Positions 49,822 to 62,059 of a DNA stretch of 64,000 bases are shown here, piece by piece. A program made the position numbers and the translations under genes. Source of the DNA: Macrostomum hystrix. Lineage: Eukaryota > Animalia > Platyhelminthes. Under the pieces are notes generated by a model. That model searched no databases, was not told the origin of the DNA, and saw only the letters and a program-made list of their open reading frames with translations. Where the stretch lies: contig CATNEN010000003.1 in NCBI GenBank assembly GCA_950097015.1, positions 8,494,001-8,558,000 on the forward strand. The letters are read 5' to 3'. Positions within the stretch are counted from its first letter, which is position 1; each line of letters starts with the position of its first letter.

Positions 49822-50835
49822 AAGGGGAGGAAGGGAGGGAGAGCTAGGGATGAGAGGAAGGGAGGGAGAGCTAGGGATTAGAGGAAGGGAAGGGAGAGCT
49901 AGTGATGAGAGGAAGGGAGGGAGAGCTAGGGATTAGAGGAAGGGAAGGGAGAGCTAGGGATGAGAGGAAGGGAGGGAGGGCTAGGGATTAGAGGAAGGGA
50001 AGGGAGAGCTAGGGATGAGAGGAAGGGAGGGAGAGCTAGGGATGAGAGGAAGGGAGGGAGAGCTAGGGATTAGAGGAAGGGAAGGGAGAGCTAGGGATGA
50101 GAGGAAGGGAGGGAGAGCTAGGGATGAGAGGAAGGGAGGGAGAGCTAGGGATTAGAGGAAGGGAAGGGAGAGCTAGGGATGAGAGGAAGGGAGGGAGAGC
50201 TAGGGATGAGAAGGGAGGGAAAGCTAGGGATGAGAGGAAGGGAGGGAGAGCTAGGGATTAGAGGAAGGGAAGGGAGAGCTAGGGATTAGAGGAAGGGAAG
50301 GGAGAGCTAGGGATAAGAGGAAGGGAAGGGAGAGCTAGGGATGAGAGGAATGGAGGGAGAGATTTATGAATAAGAGGAAGGGAGAGATTTATGGATAAGA
50401 GGAAGGGAGAGATTTATGGATAAGAGGAAGGGAGAGATTTATGGATGAGAGGAAGGGAGAGATTTATGGATAAGGGGAAGGGAGAGATTTATGGATAAGA
50501 GGAAGGGAGAGATTTATGGATAAGAGGAAGGGAGAGATTTATGGATAAGGGGAAGGGAGAGATTTATGGATAAGGGGAAGGGAGAGATTTATGGATAAGG
50601 GGAAGGGAGAGATTTATGGATAAGGGGAAGGGAGAGATTTATGGATAAGGGGAAGGGAGAGATTTATGGATAAGGGGAAGGGAGAGATTTATGGATAAGG
50701 GGAAGGGAGAGATTTATGGATAAGGGGAAGGGAGAGATTTATGGATAAGGGGAAGGGAGAGATTTATGGATAAGGGGAAGGGAGATTTATGGATAAGGGG
50801 AAGGGAGATTTATGGATAAGAGGAGGGGAGAGAGT
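49822..50835. repeat. Purine-rich minisatellites: 27-mer GAGAGGAAGGGAGGGAGAGCTAGGGAT, then 25-mer AAGGGAGAGATTTATGGATAAGGGG
   Basis: Tandem units read directly from the sequence. Confidence 0.95.
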
Positions 50836-52174
50836 TTGGATAAGAGGACAATTAGACAAGTTTGAGTTTGTAGGCAGGCTGAAAGGCAACAATGCAACAA
50901 AGACTAAACTTACAATTAGGTAAACGGATGCGTTAAAATAAATGTCAGCTGGGTTATCGCGGGTGCAGTGCAAGGCATGCAAATAAATCGGATTAGTAGG
51001 TGCATTATAAGATCTACGAGCACTATATTAATGTGCGTACCGTGTTAGTAAACTAAATTATCATGCCCTCTTATATAACTATAGCAGCCGTTATAAGCTT
51101 AACTGAGATTAATTCTATATACGTTACGCTTATTAGGTTAATAATTATAAGCAAAAATCACAACAACAGATTATATAAAGAGTTGGTTTTCATAGCGTGA
51201 ACTAATTTATAGCCAGCCAATTTTGTTTTCAGTTTTAATTGAAATGGCATGCTTTTGGATAGATTGCATAAATATTCACTTTACCACTACTAATAGTAGT
51301 ACCAGTATTTAACAAAAGCAATTAAGAAGGTTTTCAGGTTAGTCAGGCATTTAGGAGGCAATGCAAATGAAAAACAGGGAGGAATTATTCTAGTTTTTTA
51401 TGCTTAATTGATATGTGATTTGAACATGCATTCACACAGAAAACAATTCGGTTATTACAAAATAAATAAACAATTATAACGGTGCGCGCGCTATGTACTT
51501 GAGTTGGCAATCGTGGAATCTGCTAGCTAAAAAAAGTTTTTTTTCACAATTTTTCTACCGACCGACCCAAAGTGGCACAGCAACAATAAGCAAATCAATA
51601 AGTTCGAAAACAGAAAAATGTCAACAATAGAAGAAACACTAAATCAATGTTCTATTCTCTGATTTAACTAACAATCAACTGAATCAGCAATCTGTTTTAT
51701 ATAAAAACCTATCTGCATTTTTTAATCGCTTTTATTTCTTCAGCTTTTTTGTTTTCTCAAAATTTTCATCAGCAACAATGAAACACACTGGGACTGGGGC
51801 AAGGTGTGTGTGTGAGAGAGTGAGAGAGAAAAACAAAAAGCAAAACAAAATGCACCAATAAACTAGAAAAAACAAACTCGAACACTGAAACTGAATAGAA
51901 TCGAAGGAAAACAAACCGAACGCGGAGGAAAAACAATGCGGAATTTCATTAGTCTAGAACAAAGTTCAATAAATTAATGACTTATTGCTTTACTGATGAA
52001 TCTAAATGAAATTCTATTAAATATGATCTATTGAGTTTTGATTAATCGATTGATTGATTAGATTGCAAACTTATGGCGACAAGGAACAGTGGCTAGATGT
52101 AAATTTGAGCACACCAAAATTGGCTCAAAATATCTATCTCGAGTCCCGCAGGCGTCAGTGAAACTGTGGCATTT

Positions 52175-55100
52175 TTATAGTTCGGTTTTCTGCAATTGGA
52201 AACCATTTGGGAGAATAATATAATTTTAATAATATGGCGTACTGCGTGCGAACACTTGGAAATCTTTTATTTTTATTTGTAGAAATATCAAGTTAACCTA
52301 AACACAATATATATCAGGTAAATTTTAAATAGATACTTGTAACCTGAATATTGATACTGAGTTACAAACATTATCAATTTATTCTAGTAAATCCTAGATA
52401 TATCTTTGTTATATACAAGTTACGAGTGTATATCTACCAGTTACGAGTAATTATACACGTGTCTACGAGTTATGCATACACTAGTAACTCGTAGATCTAC
52501 ACTAGCAACTCGTAGATCAACACTAGTAACTCGTAGATCTACACTAGTAACTCGTAGATCTACACTAGTAACTCGTAGATCTACACTAGTAACTCGTAGA
52601 TCTACACTAGCAACTCGTAGATCTACACTAGTAACTCGTAGATCTACACTAGTAACTCGTAGATCTACACTAGTAACTCGTAGATCTACACTAGTAACTC
52701 GTAGATCTACACTAGTAACTCGTAGATCTACACTAGCAACTCGTAGATCTACACTAGTAACTCGTAGATCTACACTAGTAACTCGTAGATCTACACTAGT
52801 AACTCGTAGATCTACACTAGTAACTCGTAGATCTACACTAGTAACTCGTAGATCTACACTAGTAACTCGTAGATCTACACTAGCAACTCGTAGATCTACA
52901 CTAGCAACTCGTCGATCTACACTAGTAACTCGTAGATCTACATTAGTAACTCGTAGATCTACACTAGTAACTCGTCTGCCCATAAAAAAGAGGTATGCTC
53001 AGGTGCACTCACCGCCGCAGTCTCGTCAGGTTTGGCCTCCTGAACAGCCGGTGGCTCACTACTAGTAGACGAGCTGGCAGTCGCTTCGTTAGCTTCCTCA
53101 TCGTCCTCATCGACAGTCTCGGACTCGGGTATGTTGACAGATCGTCTGAGCATAGTCTCAAGGCGTTCGGCAAAGCCGGAAGAATCCTCGAGGGCGTAGC
53201 CGCTGCGAAGTGTGGCGGCCTCGTAAAGAATGGTGGCCAACTGGACGGCGGTTTTGTCGTCTGGCGCATCCGCGCTGCGTCTTTTCAGCTCTTTGATTAG
53301 CGGATGACGCGGATTAATCTCGAGGATCTTCTTCTGCGAGGCGAAGTGCACCTGCGAGTTTGGGGGATGTAGATTGGGATCAGTGTGAGGTTAGTTGGGA
53401 TAGCTAATGAGATAATCTGATATTAAAGCGGCGATACTTTACCGAGAAGTTGGGATAATTTACTGTGAATGTGGGATAATTTACTGAGAATGTGGGATAG
53501 TTTACTGTGAAAGTGGGATAATTTACTGAGAATGTGGGATAATTTACTGTAAATGAGGGATAATTTACTGTGAAAGTGGGATAATTTACTGAGAATGTGG
53601 GATAATTTACTGTAAATGAGGGATAATTTACTGTGAATGTGGGATAATTTACTGAGAATGTGGGATAATTTACTGTAAATGAGGGATAATTTACTGTGAA
53701 TGTGGGATAATTTACTGAGAATGTGGGATAATTTACTGTGAAAGTGGGATAATTTACTGAGAATGTGGGATAATTTACTGAGAATATGGGATAATTTACT
53801 GTAAATGAGGGATAATTTACTGTGAATGTGGGATAATTTACTGAGAATGTGGGATAATTTACTGAGAATGTGGGATAATTTACTGTGAATGTGGGATAAT
53901 TTACTGAGAATATGGGATAATTTACTGAGAATGTGGGATAATTTACTGTGAAAGTGCGATAATTTACTGAGAATGTGGGATAGTTTACTGTGAAAGTGGG
54001 ATAATTTACTGAGAATGTGGGATAATTTACTGTGAATGTGGGATAATTTACTGAGAATGTGGGATAATTTACTGTGAAAGTAAGATAATTTACTGAGAAT
54101 GTGGGATAATTTACTGTGATAGTAAGATAATTTACTGAGAATGTGGGATAAGTTACTGAGAATGTGGGATAATTTACTGTGAAAGTGGGATAATTTACTG
54201 TGATAGTAAGATAATTTACTGAGAATGTGGGATAAGTTACTGAGAATGTTGGATAATTTACTGTGAATGTGGAAGAATGTATTGACAAGTTTTGACTACT
54301 GAATAATAGAATAACAAAATTATTAAATTTACTACACCAGCCCAGCCCCTATTAAGCAAAATGTGCAGCCGACAGCACAGCCGCAACTATTGCGCAGCGC
54401 ATCTGAAGCGTGCGTACGGCTGTTCAGTCCATGGACTGAAGGGATGACACCCCCACCCTCAATTACCAAATGCTAATGCTGGTACCCATTACCCATTAAA
54501 TAGTTAAGGCGAATTAAAGCAATGCAGAGTTAAGTGTCTTGCATATTGACACAGATTGTTCCAGTGGAGTACGGAAATCGAACCCCCGACCTTCAAGTCG
54601 TAAGTCCGACACTCTAATCACTAAGCTACAATCCCCATTGACTGAAAACAAAAATAGATTAATAATCTAATCCCTACTCGAAATTCTTACCTGAGAGGGA
54701 TCGCTAGCCTTCTGGTAGGCCTGAGCTCGCATCACACGGTCCATAGCGGCGTCCCAACCGTACTGGGAAGCAATCAGGGCGCAGGGAGACGAAGCAAGCC
54801 GATCGGACAGCTGGGCCTTCTCGATCTTGTCCTTCAATGCGGTCTCCTGAAGCCACTTTGTCAACGGCTCGAAGTCCTTGGCCATGGCCTCGCGACGCTC
54901 CTTGACTTCGGCAGTCTCTTCGCCGATTTTCAGGCCGTCCTTGGCGGCGTTCTGAAACTTCTTGCCCTCGAACTCTGGCAGAGACTGGATGGCGTACTGA
55001 TCAATGGGCTCCAGCAGGTACAGCACCTCGTAGCCGCGTTTGAGCAGCTTCTCAACAAATGGCGAAGTTTCGACCTCTTTGCGAGACTGGCCGGAGATGA

Positions 55101-57524
55101 AGTAGATGTGCTCCTGCTTCTCCTTCATTCTGCTCACATAGTCGGCCAGGGACACCTGATCTTTGGCACTGTTGGACGACCAGAACAGCAGCAGTTTGGA
55201 TAGGCGGGTCCTGTTAGCGGCGTCGTCAGTAATGCCAACCTTGATGTTAGTGGAGTACTCCTTCCAGAACTCCTTGTACTGCTCCGGCTCGATCTTCTTG
55301 ATCATGTCGAGAGCTTTGCGGACTAGCTTCTTCTTGATAACCTTGAGCAGTTTGTGCTGCTGCAGTGTCTCGCGGCTCACATTCAACGGCAGGTCGTCTG
55401 AGTCGACGATGCCCTTGATGAAGCTGAGGTATTTAGGCATCATCTCTTCGAAGTTGTCGGTGATAAACACTCGCCGAACGTACATCTTGATGTTGTCGGT
55501 TTTGCGGCCAAAGTTAGACCAGGCGTCGAAGTCGGCAGTCTTCGGCACAAACAGAATGCTCTTGAATGTGACTTCGCCTTCGGCAACAAAGTGAGTCTTG
55601 GCCAGAGGATCATCGCTAGCCTTGGTGAAAGACTTGAAGAACTGATTGTACTCTGCGTCGGTGATTTCGGCCGGTTTGCGAGTCCAGATCGGCTTGTTCT
55701 CGTTCACCAGTCGCCAGTCCCACACTGTCTTCTCAACCTTCTTTGGCTCCACTTTCTCTTTCTCCTCCTCAACGGTGGCATCTTCGTCCTTCTTCTCCTT
55801 CTTATCCTCGGTCTTCTCTGGCGCGGCCTCCTCCACAGTCTCAGTGCGGCTCTCCCAGACGTAGATTGGGAAGTTGATGAATTGGGAATATTTGACAATC
55901 AGGTCACGAAGGCTGCTTGGCTCTAGCCAATCAAGGCCCTCCTCCTTCAAGTGCAGAATGATCTCAGTGCCACGCTTCAAGGTGTTGCCTCTGGAAAGGT
56001 GATTAAACAGGTGTTTTGAGCATAAAGTTATAATTGTTCTCGGGACTAAAGTAATCGGGAAGCAAGAACTGTATCAAGCTCCAAAGCTACCTGGGATCCT
56101 CGGTAATAGAGAAGGTGCTAGCATCGGACTCCCAGATGTACTGCTTGTCGTCGTTATGCTTAGTAATGACAGTGACCCGGTCGGCAACTAGGAAGGCGCT
56201 GTAGAATCCCACACCGAATTGACCAATGAGATCGGTCATCTCAGTCTGCGACTTGGCCTCGGTGAATTTCGATAGGAACTCCGACGTGCCAGACTTGGCT
56301 ATTGTGCCGAGATTCTTCACCAGATCCTCCTTGGTCATGCCGATTCCGGTGTCAATCACGTGCAACGTCTTAGCATCCTTGTCGGCCTTGATACGGATGG
56401 CGAGCTCGGGTGTTGCAGCTAGAACCTCCTTGTCAGTGAGGGACAGGAAGCGGATCTTGTCCAGGGCGTCGCTAGCGTTGGAGATGAGCTCGCGAAGGAA
56501 GATCTCCTTGTTCTTGTAGAGCGAGTTGATGATTAGCTTCATCATGCGATCCACCTCGGCCTGGAAGGTGAATTTCTCTGCTTTCTCGCGCAGCTCCTTG
56601 ATCTGGGCGGCATTGAGACCATCCAGCTTGATGGCCTGCTCTTCGCGCTCTACAACTTTATCGTCAGTTTTGGAGCCAACCTTGTCACTGCCAGCTGGCT
56701 CAGTGACTTTGGTGGCATCATCTGATGGCTTTGATGACTGGGCTGCTGGCACCAATGATGACAAGATGCCTGGCAAAATGGATAGTTGGTTGTAACAGTT
56801 TCATAGGCAATGCAGTTTTAACCACAGTGAAGCATATCTTTATTTCCTATAGTTGATATTTTCATACAGACAACGCTTTAGATTGCTTGAAATTATTTAA
56901 AACAAAGATTAAGAAGTATGATTCACAAAACTTTCTTACTTTACTTTTAAAGTAATTTAATATCTTCTTTTAAGATTATCTATTAGCTATGGATACTTGT
57001 AGTAATGTCAAATATAATGACAGTAGCTCAGAATTAACATTTACTAGATAAAAATATTTTTTTTAAATATTTTTATTAGCTAGATTACCACATTAACTTA
57101 TTATTGCTTATTGTTGGTTATATTCATGGACTTGAGTTTTAAATTTATACAAAAGGCAATCTATTTAACTCCAATAGCTTAGGCTCCAAGGTTAGGCTTA
57201 TGCCTAGCTATGAAAAATATTGATATATGAGTTGTATCTAGACTAGGACTAACATGATTTGAAAAATTATAATATGGGCCTATAAGCATAAATTAATAGG
57301 TAGTAGATTTACAATAAAAGATACCATTAAAAAATATAGCTGATTTTGACAATTCTCGTTTCTCATTTAGCCGCATAAAAAATCTAGAATTGCGTTAGGT
57401 AAGCAAAATTAGTAAATTGGGCTTGAACCTTAATCTAGGCCTGTAAAACAATGATTTAAGAAAGTCATGACTTACCAAAGACAAGCAGAATTGCAAATGC
57501 AAAGTAGAAGTAGCCTCTTCGCAT
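52175..57524 (-). CDS. HSP90B1: Endoplasmin / GRP94 (ER Hsp90), 5 exons, 793 aa
   Basis: Exons 57524-57476 (signal peptide), 56769-56091, 55990-54691, 53351-53013 and 52189-52175 (KTEL*); 2382 nt in frame. Motifs [49 protein letters not shown]. Confidence 0.96.
52477..52976. repeat. 21-bp intronic minisatellite ACTAGTAACTCGTAGATCTAC (HSP90B1 intron 4)
   Basis: Tandem units read directly from the sequence. Confidence 0.96.
53435..54272. repeat. 21-bp intronic minisatellite GGGATAATTTACTGAGAATGT (HSP90B1 intron 3)
   Basis: Tandem units read directly from the sequence. Confidence 0.96.
54425..54632 (-). mobile_element. SINE family C copy
   Basis: Minus strand TAGCTTAGTG (A-box) ... GGTTCGATTTCC (B-box) ... 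GCAAGACACTTAAC ... AATGGGTACCAGCATTAG. Confidence 0.7.
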
Positions 57525-57678
57525 TATTGAAAAACTTGAATTGTATCTAGGCAATGTAAATGTGAGTATAATTACTAACTAATTGAGCTCCTACAAAGCA
57601 ACGATTTTTATTAAGAAATCTTCTTTCAGCGCGGTGTTTAAATCGGCGCGGAAAGCAAGTTTTGCAGACGCAAATGGA

Positions 57679-57697
57679 TGTGGTCGCTTCCTATTGG
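57679..57697 (-). promoter_or_regulatory. ER-stress response element (ERSE) upstream of HSP90B1
   Basis: CCAAT-aggaagcga-CCACA fits CCAAT-N9-CCAC(G/A), ~155 bp upstream of the ATG. Confidence 0.7.
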
Positions 57698-57756
57698 TCG
57701 GTGCGTCTTTGTTGTCATGACATTTTAGGGTGATTCCAGCCGGAATTCCCTAAGTA

Positions 57757-57764
57757 TGACGTGG
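57757..57764 (+). promoter_or_regulatory. UPRE-like site TGACGTGG (XBP1/ATF6 type)
   Basis: Exact consensus match 60 bp from the ERSE. Confidence 0.55.
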
Positions 57765-58126
57765 TCTTCTGTAAAGTTAACACGCCTTTCTTAGTCTCTC
57801 ATTCCGGGACAGAGTGTGGAGTTGGGGCGGTGGAGACGTGCCTATGCATGCCAGCTAATTATTGGTTGAGCGGAATTGCTAACATGCCTGCCCCTTGTCG
57901 CAACAGTTCTTTCCCAGCCCAACCAAGAAAACTAACTTCGCCTGTTATAACCTATCGTCTAGCGAAACGCATTTTCTTATCGATTAAGCTTGAATTTATG
58001 GTTAATCGTGTGTATACTAATATATCTATATTTTCTCTTGAATGCATTTCGGTGTCAAAATTACTGCTCGAATCGCCAAGAAAAAATGAGTCAGCAGTCG
58101 CAAATGATTTCTTTCATTAACAAACT

Positions 58127-58139
58127 TTCTAGAAAGTTC
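58127..58139. promoter_or_regulatory. Heat-shock element TTCtaGAAagTTC
   Basis: Three alternating nGAAn pentamers. Confidence 0.45.
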
Positions 58140-58535
58140 CACAAAACAGCAACTTAGTATTTGCTAAAATTTCACTTGCTGTATCTTTAATCGTTTGTTT
58201 TACGATTTTTCTCTTTGATAACTGCACCGTGTTAAGTGAAGCTGTTTATGAAATATTTGAACATTCTTGTCGTGGTATTATTTTACATGACTTTTCACGT
58301 GCAAGCAAGTATTGCCCAGATTATTTTTAAAAAGTAGATTATAAACAGGACGTTGCCGATTTTATTCGAGCTCATAGTATGACGTCATAGTTTGCAATGA
58401 ATGTCTGCTATAATAGATTTTAATCTTTCTGGGCGATACAATATACCATTGTTGGAGCTGCTGCTGATTGTGTGTCAAGTGATGCATAACCGCCAGTTCC
58501 TTGACAATTGATTACTATTGCAATCAATCTATAAG

Positions 58536-59492
58536 CAGGGGTCGGCAAACTCCGGCCCGCGGGCCTTGCAGATACGGCCCTCGAAGCTCCCAAATCCGGC
58601 CCGTTGCCCCTTCTGACAACTACAGTATCCTGTTTCATCTCTACCCTTTCTCGTCTTTCCCGTGTCTCATCTGTCCCTTATCTCATCTTTCCGGTGTTTC
58701 ATCTCTCCCCTTTCTCGTCTTTCTCGTGTCTCATCTTTCCCTTATCTCATCTTTCCGGTGTTTCATCTCTCCCCTTTCTCGTCTTTCTTGTGTCTCATCT
58801 CTCCCTTATCTCATCTTTCCGGTGTTTCCTCTCTCCCCTTTCTCGTCTTTCCCGTGTCTCATCTCTCCCTTATCTCATCTTTCCGGTGTCTCATCTCTCC
58901 CTTATCTCATCTTTCCCGTGTCTCATCTCTCCCTTATCTCACTTTCCGGTGTCTCATCTCTCCCCTTTCTCGTCTTTCCCTTTCTCGTCTCTCCCTTATC
59001 TCATCTTTCCGGTGTTTCATCTCTCCCCCTTTCTCGTCTTTCTTGTGTCTCATCTCTCCCTTATCTCATCTTTCCGGTGTTTCCTCTCTCCCCTTTCTCG
59101 TCTTTCCCGTGTCTCATCTCTCCCTTATCTCATCTTTCCGGTGTCTCATCTCTCCCTTATCTCATCTTTCCCGTGTCTCATCTCTCCCTTATCTCACTTT
59201 CCGGTGTCTCATCTCTCCCCTTTCTCGTCTTTCCCTTTCTCGTCTCTCCCTTATCTCATCTTTCCGGTGTTTCATCTCTCCCCTTTCTCGTCTTTCTTGT
59301 GTCTCATCTCTCCCTTATCTCATCTTTCCGGTGTTTCATCTCTCCCCTTTCTCGTCTCTCCAGTGTTGTATCTCTCAGTCAACTCTTCTGTCTCATCTCT
59401 TCACTATCTCATATTTCCATAGTCAATGCGGCCCCTTTTCGTCTTTTAGTTTCTTTCTTAGACCCGCCAGCTAACAAGTTTGCCTATGCCTG
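58536..59492. mobile_element. hAT (Charlie-like) MITE with an internal minisatellite expansion
   Basis: Ends CAGGGGTCGGCAAACT...CGGCCCGCGGGCC and AGTTTGCCTATGCCTG. Flanks ATCTATAAG / ATCTATAG (8-bp TSD, one indel). Confidence 0.75.
58630..59410. repeat. ~32-bp pyrimidine-rich minisatellite inside the hAT MITE
   Basis: Units TTCCGGTGTTTCATCTCTCCCCTTTCTCGTCT and ...CTTATCTCATCT. Confidence 0.93.
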
Positions 59493-60116
59493 ATCTATAG
59501 CCACCAGTAAAAGGGATAATAATAAACACAAAAACAAATTTCTATCTTTTTTGCGCTTCTACTACTGACATACTCAATGCAATAAAAGAAATGAGCAACT
59601 TCAATGCACATAAAGACTACATTTGTATTCATAAAAATAGTCCTTACAATTTTCAAAAAGGATCGACTAATATTACACTAAACTTTCACGGGCTATTGTT
59701 TTATCGGAAATACAGAATGCTCAACAAAGGAAAACAATTAACGATGCTTGACTCACAACACAGGGGAGAAGAAGCAAATGCAGAGGTACGGTAAATTTAA
59801 TAACACCTGCTGGAACAGATCAAATTTTTATCTAATTCAAAAAGTTGACAGGTTTTAAATAGCTGCTAACTTATTATTTCTATTATTAGATTTAAAAAAT
59901 CACACTATGATAAACTAAAATTTAAAAGCCAAAAGATACTACTCATAATTTTTAGTAGCAAAGCAGGGATACTGTCGAAACAATGCGGAATTATTAGTAC
60001 TACCCAAGCTGTTGTCTATAATTAGTTAGATTCACATTACACAATAATCTATTGATCAAATCGTATTTTATTTAGTAACCACACGTTTGTTTGATCGTAG
60101 CAATAATATTAAAAGT

Positions 60117-61965
60117 TCAGGTGTACTTGACAACCCCAACCAGAGCAGGTCTCAGAGTCCGCTCTTGCAGCCGATAGCCGATTTTAGTCACCATGGCAAC
60201 TGTGCCAGGCTGGAGGCCTTCAGAGACCGGTACTTCAAACAGGGCCTCGTGCTGATTCGGGTCGAATTTTTCACCTTTAGCAGGCTCAATAGGCACGAGT
60301 TTGTGGCGTCGGAACACCTGCGATTTCGTGGGGGCACTTTTTATGACAGGGTTGAATTTTTGCTGACCAAAAATTTACTCGTATTAGCGGAACGGAAATG
60401 TACTCAAACGATACGGGAACGGATATGTATAATCTACTCAAATCACACAGGAATAGCCTCAAATCCAACGGTAATGGGATAAAAAACTGCTTAAATCACA
60501 CGGGAATGGGATCACAAAGTTCAAATTATATGGAAATGGGGTCATAGCCTCAAATCCTGCGGTAATGGAATAAAAAACTACTAAAATCATATGGGAATGG
60601 GGTCATAGCCTACTCAAATCACACGGGAATGGGATCACAAACTACTCAAATCACACGGGAATGGGATCATAGCCTACTCAAATCACACGGGAATGGGATC
60701 ATAGCCTACTCAAATCACACGGGAATGGGATCACAAACTACTCAAATCACACGGGAATGGGATCATAGCCTACTCAAATCACACGGGAATGGGATCATAG
60801 CCTACTCAAATCACACGGGAATGGGATCACAAACTACTCAAATCACACGGGAATGGGATCATAGCCTACTCAAATCACACGGGAATGGGATCACAAACTA
60901 CTCAAATCACACGGGAATGGGATCACAAACTACTCAAATCACACGGGAATGGGATCATAGCCTACTCAAATCACACGGGAATGGGATCATAGCCTACTCA
61001 AATCACACGGGAATGGGATCACAAACTACTCAAATCACACGGGAATGGGATCATAGCCTACTCAAATCACACGGGAATGGGATCATAGCCTACTCAAATC
61101 ACACGGGAATGGGATCACAAACTACTCAAATCACACGGGAATGGGATCACAAACTACTCAAATCACACGGGAATGGGATCACAAACTACTCAAATCACAC
61201 GGGAATGGGATCACAAACTACTCAAATCACACGGGAATGGGATCATAGCCTACTCAAATAACACGGGAACGTGACCTAGGCCTACTCAAATGATCTAAAT
61301 CTTGGCTTTAGAAAACAAAAGCACAGACCTGTTTCAACTGGGCCTCTGTCATACGCAAGCCCTCAACCAGGCTGGGGTCGGCTCCAGCTGGTGTGGTCTC
61401 GTTAGCCTTGGCCAATACGTCGGCTACATCCAGAAGGTCTTTGCAAAAGCTTGATATGCCGAAGATTTTGGCCTCCTCAGCTTGTTTCGTTAAACGGCGC
61501 CGAGTGTTCTCACTCTCAGCCAAGGCGCGGACGTACTTGTCCTAAGAATTAAGCAGTTTTTAATGAAATTCAATAAACTGTAACGGATATGACAAACGGA
61601 TAAACGATTAACGATTAACGGAATAAAATCTAATTAACGAAGCTAATTTAAAGTAACGGACTTTTACGGAATTAATCCGTTAAATATCATATCTTTACTC
61701 TCATGTTTATTACCTGCAATTGTTCCATCGCAGTTTGCAGTTCTGTACATCGCTTAGCAAGGGCGGCCGCCTCTTGCTGCTGCTGTTGCTGAGCATCCGA
61801 CTCCGAGCCGCTAGTTTCGGCAGCATTATTGTCTGCTTCTTTAGAAGAAGTCGAAGAGAACAGTCTAGAATTGTTGATGAAGCCTAGCTGACCATTGGTA
61901 TTTGGCGGTCGGCGAGTTGCTAAACTACTAAAGCCGCGAAGGCAGCAGTAGATGCGCTGGTACAT
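60117..61965 (-). CDS. GRPEL1: Mitochondrial GrpE nucleotide-exchange factor, 3 exons, 221 aa
   Basis: Exons 61965-61714, 61541-61329 and 60317-60117. Mitochondrial presequence; RALAESENTRRR, FCKDLLDVAD, FDPNQHEA, GYRLQERTLRPALVGV. Confidence 0.93.
60435..61290. repeat. 32-bp minisatellite TACTCAAATCACACGGGAATGGGATCA(TAGCC/CAAAC) in GrpE intron 2
   Basis: Tandem units with two interspersed variants. Confidence 0.95.
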
Positions 61966-62059
61966 CTTTACTCAGCTGGAGTGCAAGTTATTAGTGCAAC
62001 AGTTTGTGGCTGTAGCTTGACGTAGTAAAGATTTTAGAGACTATAGAGACTATGGAAGA

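Noticed and set aside
55163-56795. Plus-strand ORFs opposite HSP90B1 (and opposite the lectins)
   Set aside because: Antisense shadows of codon-biased real genes.
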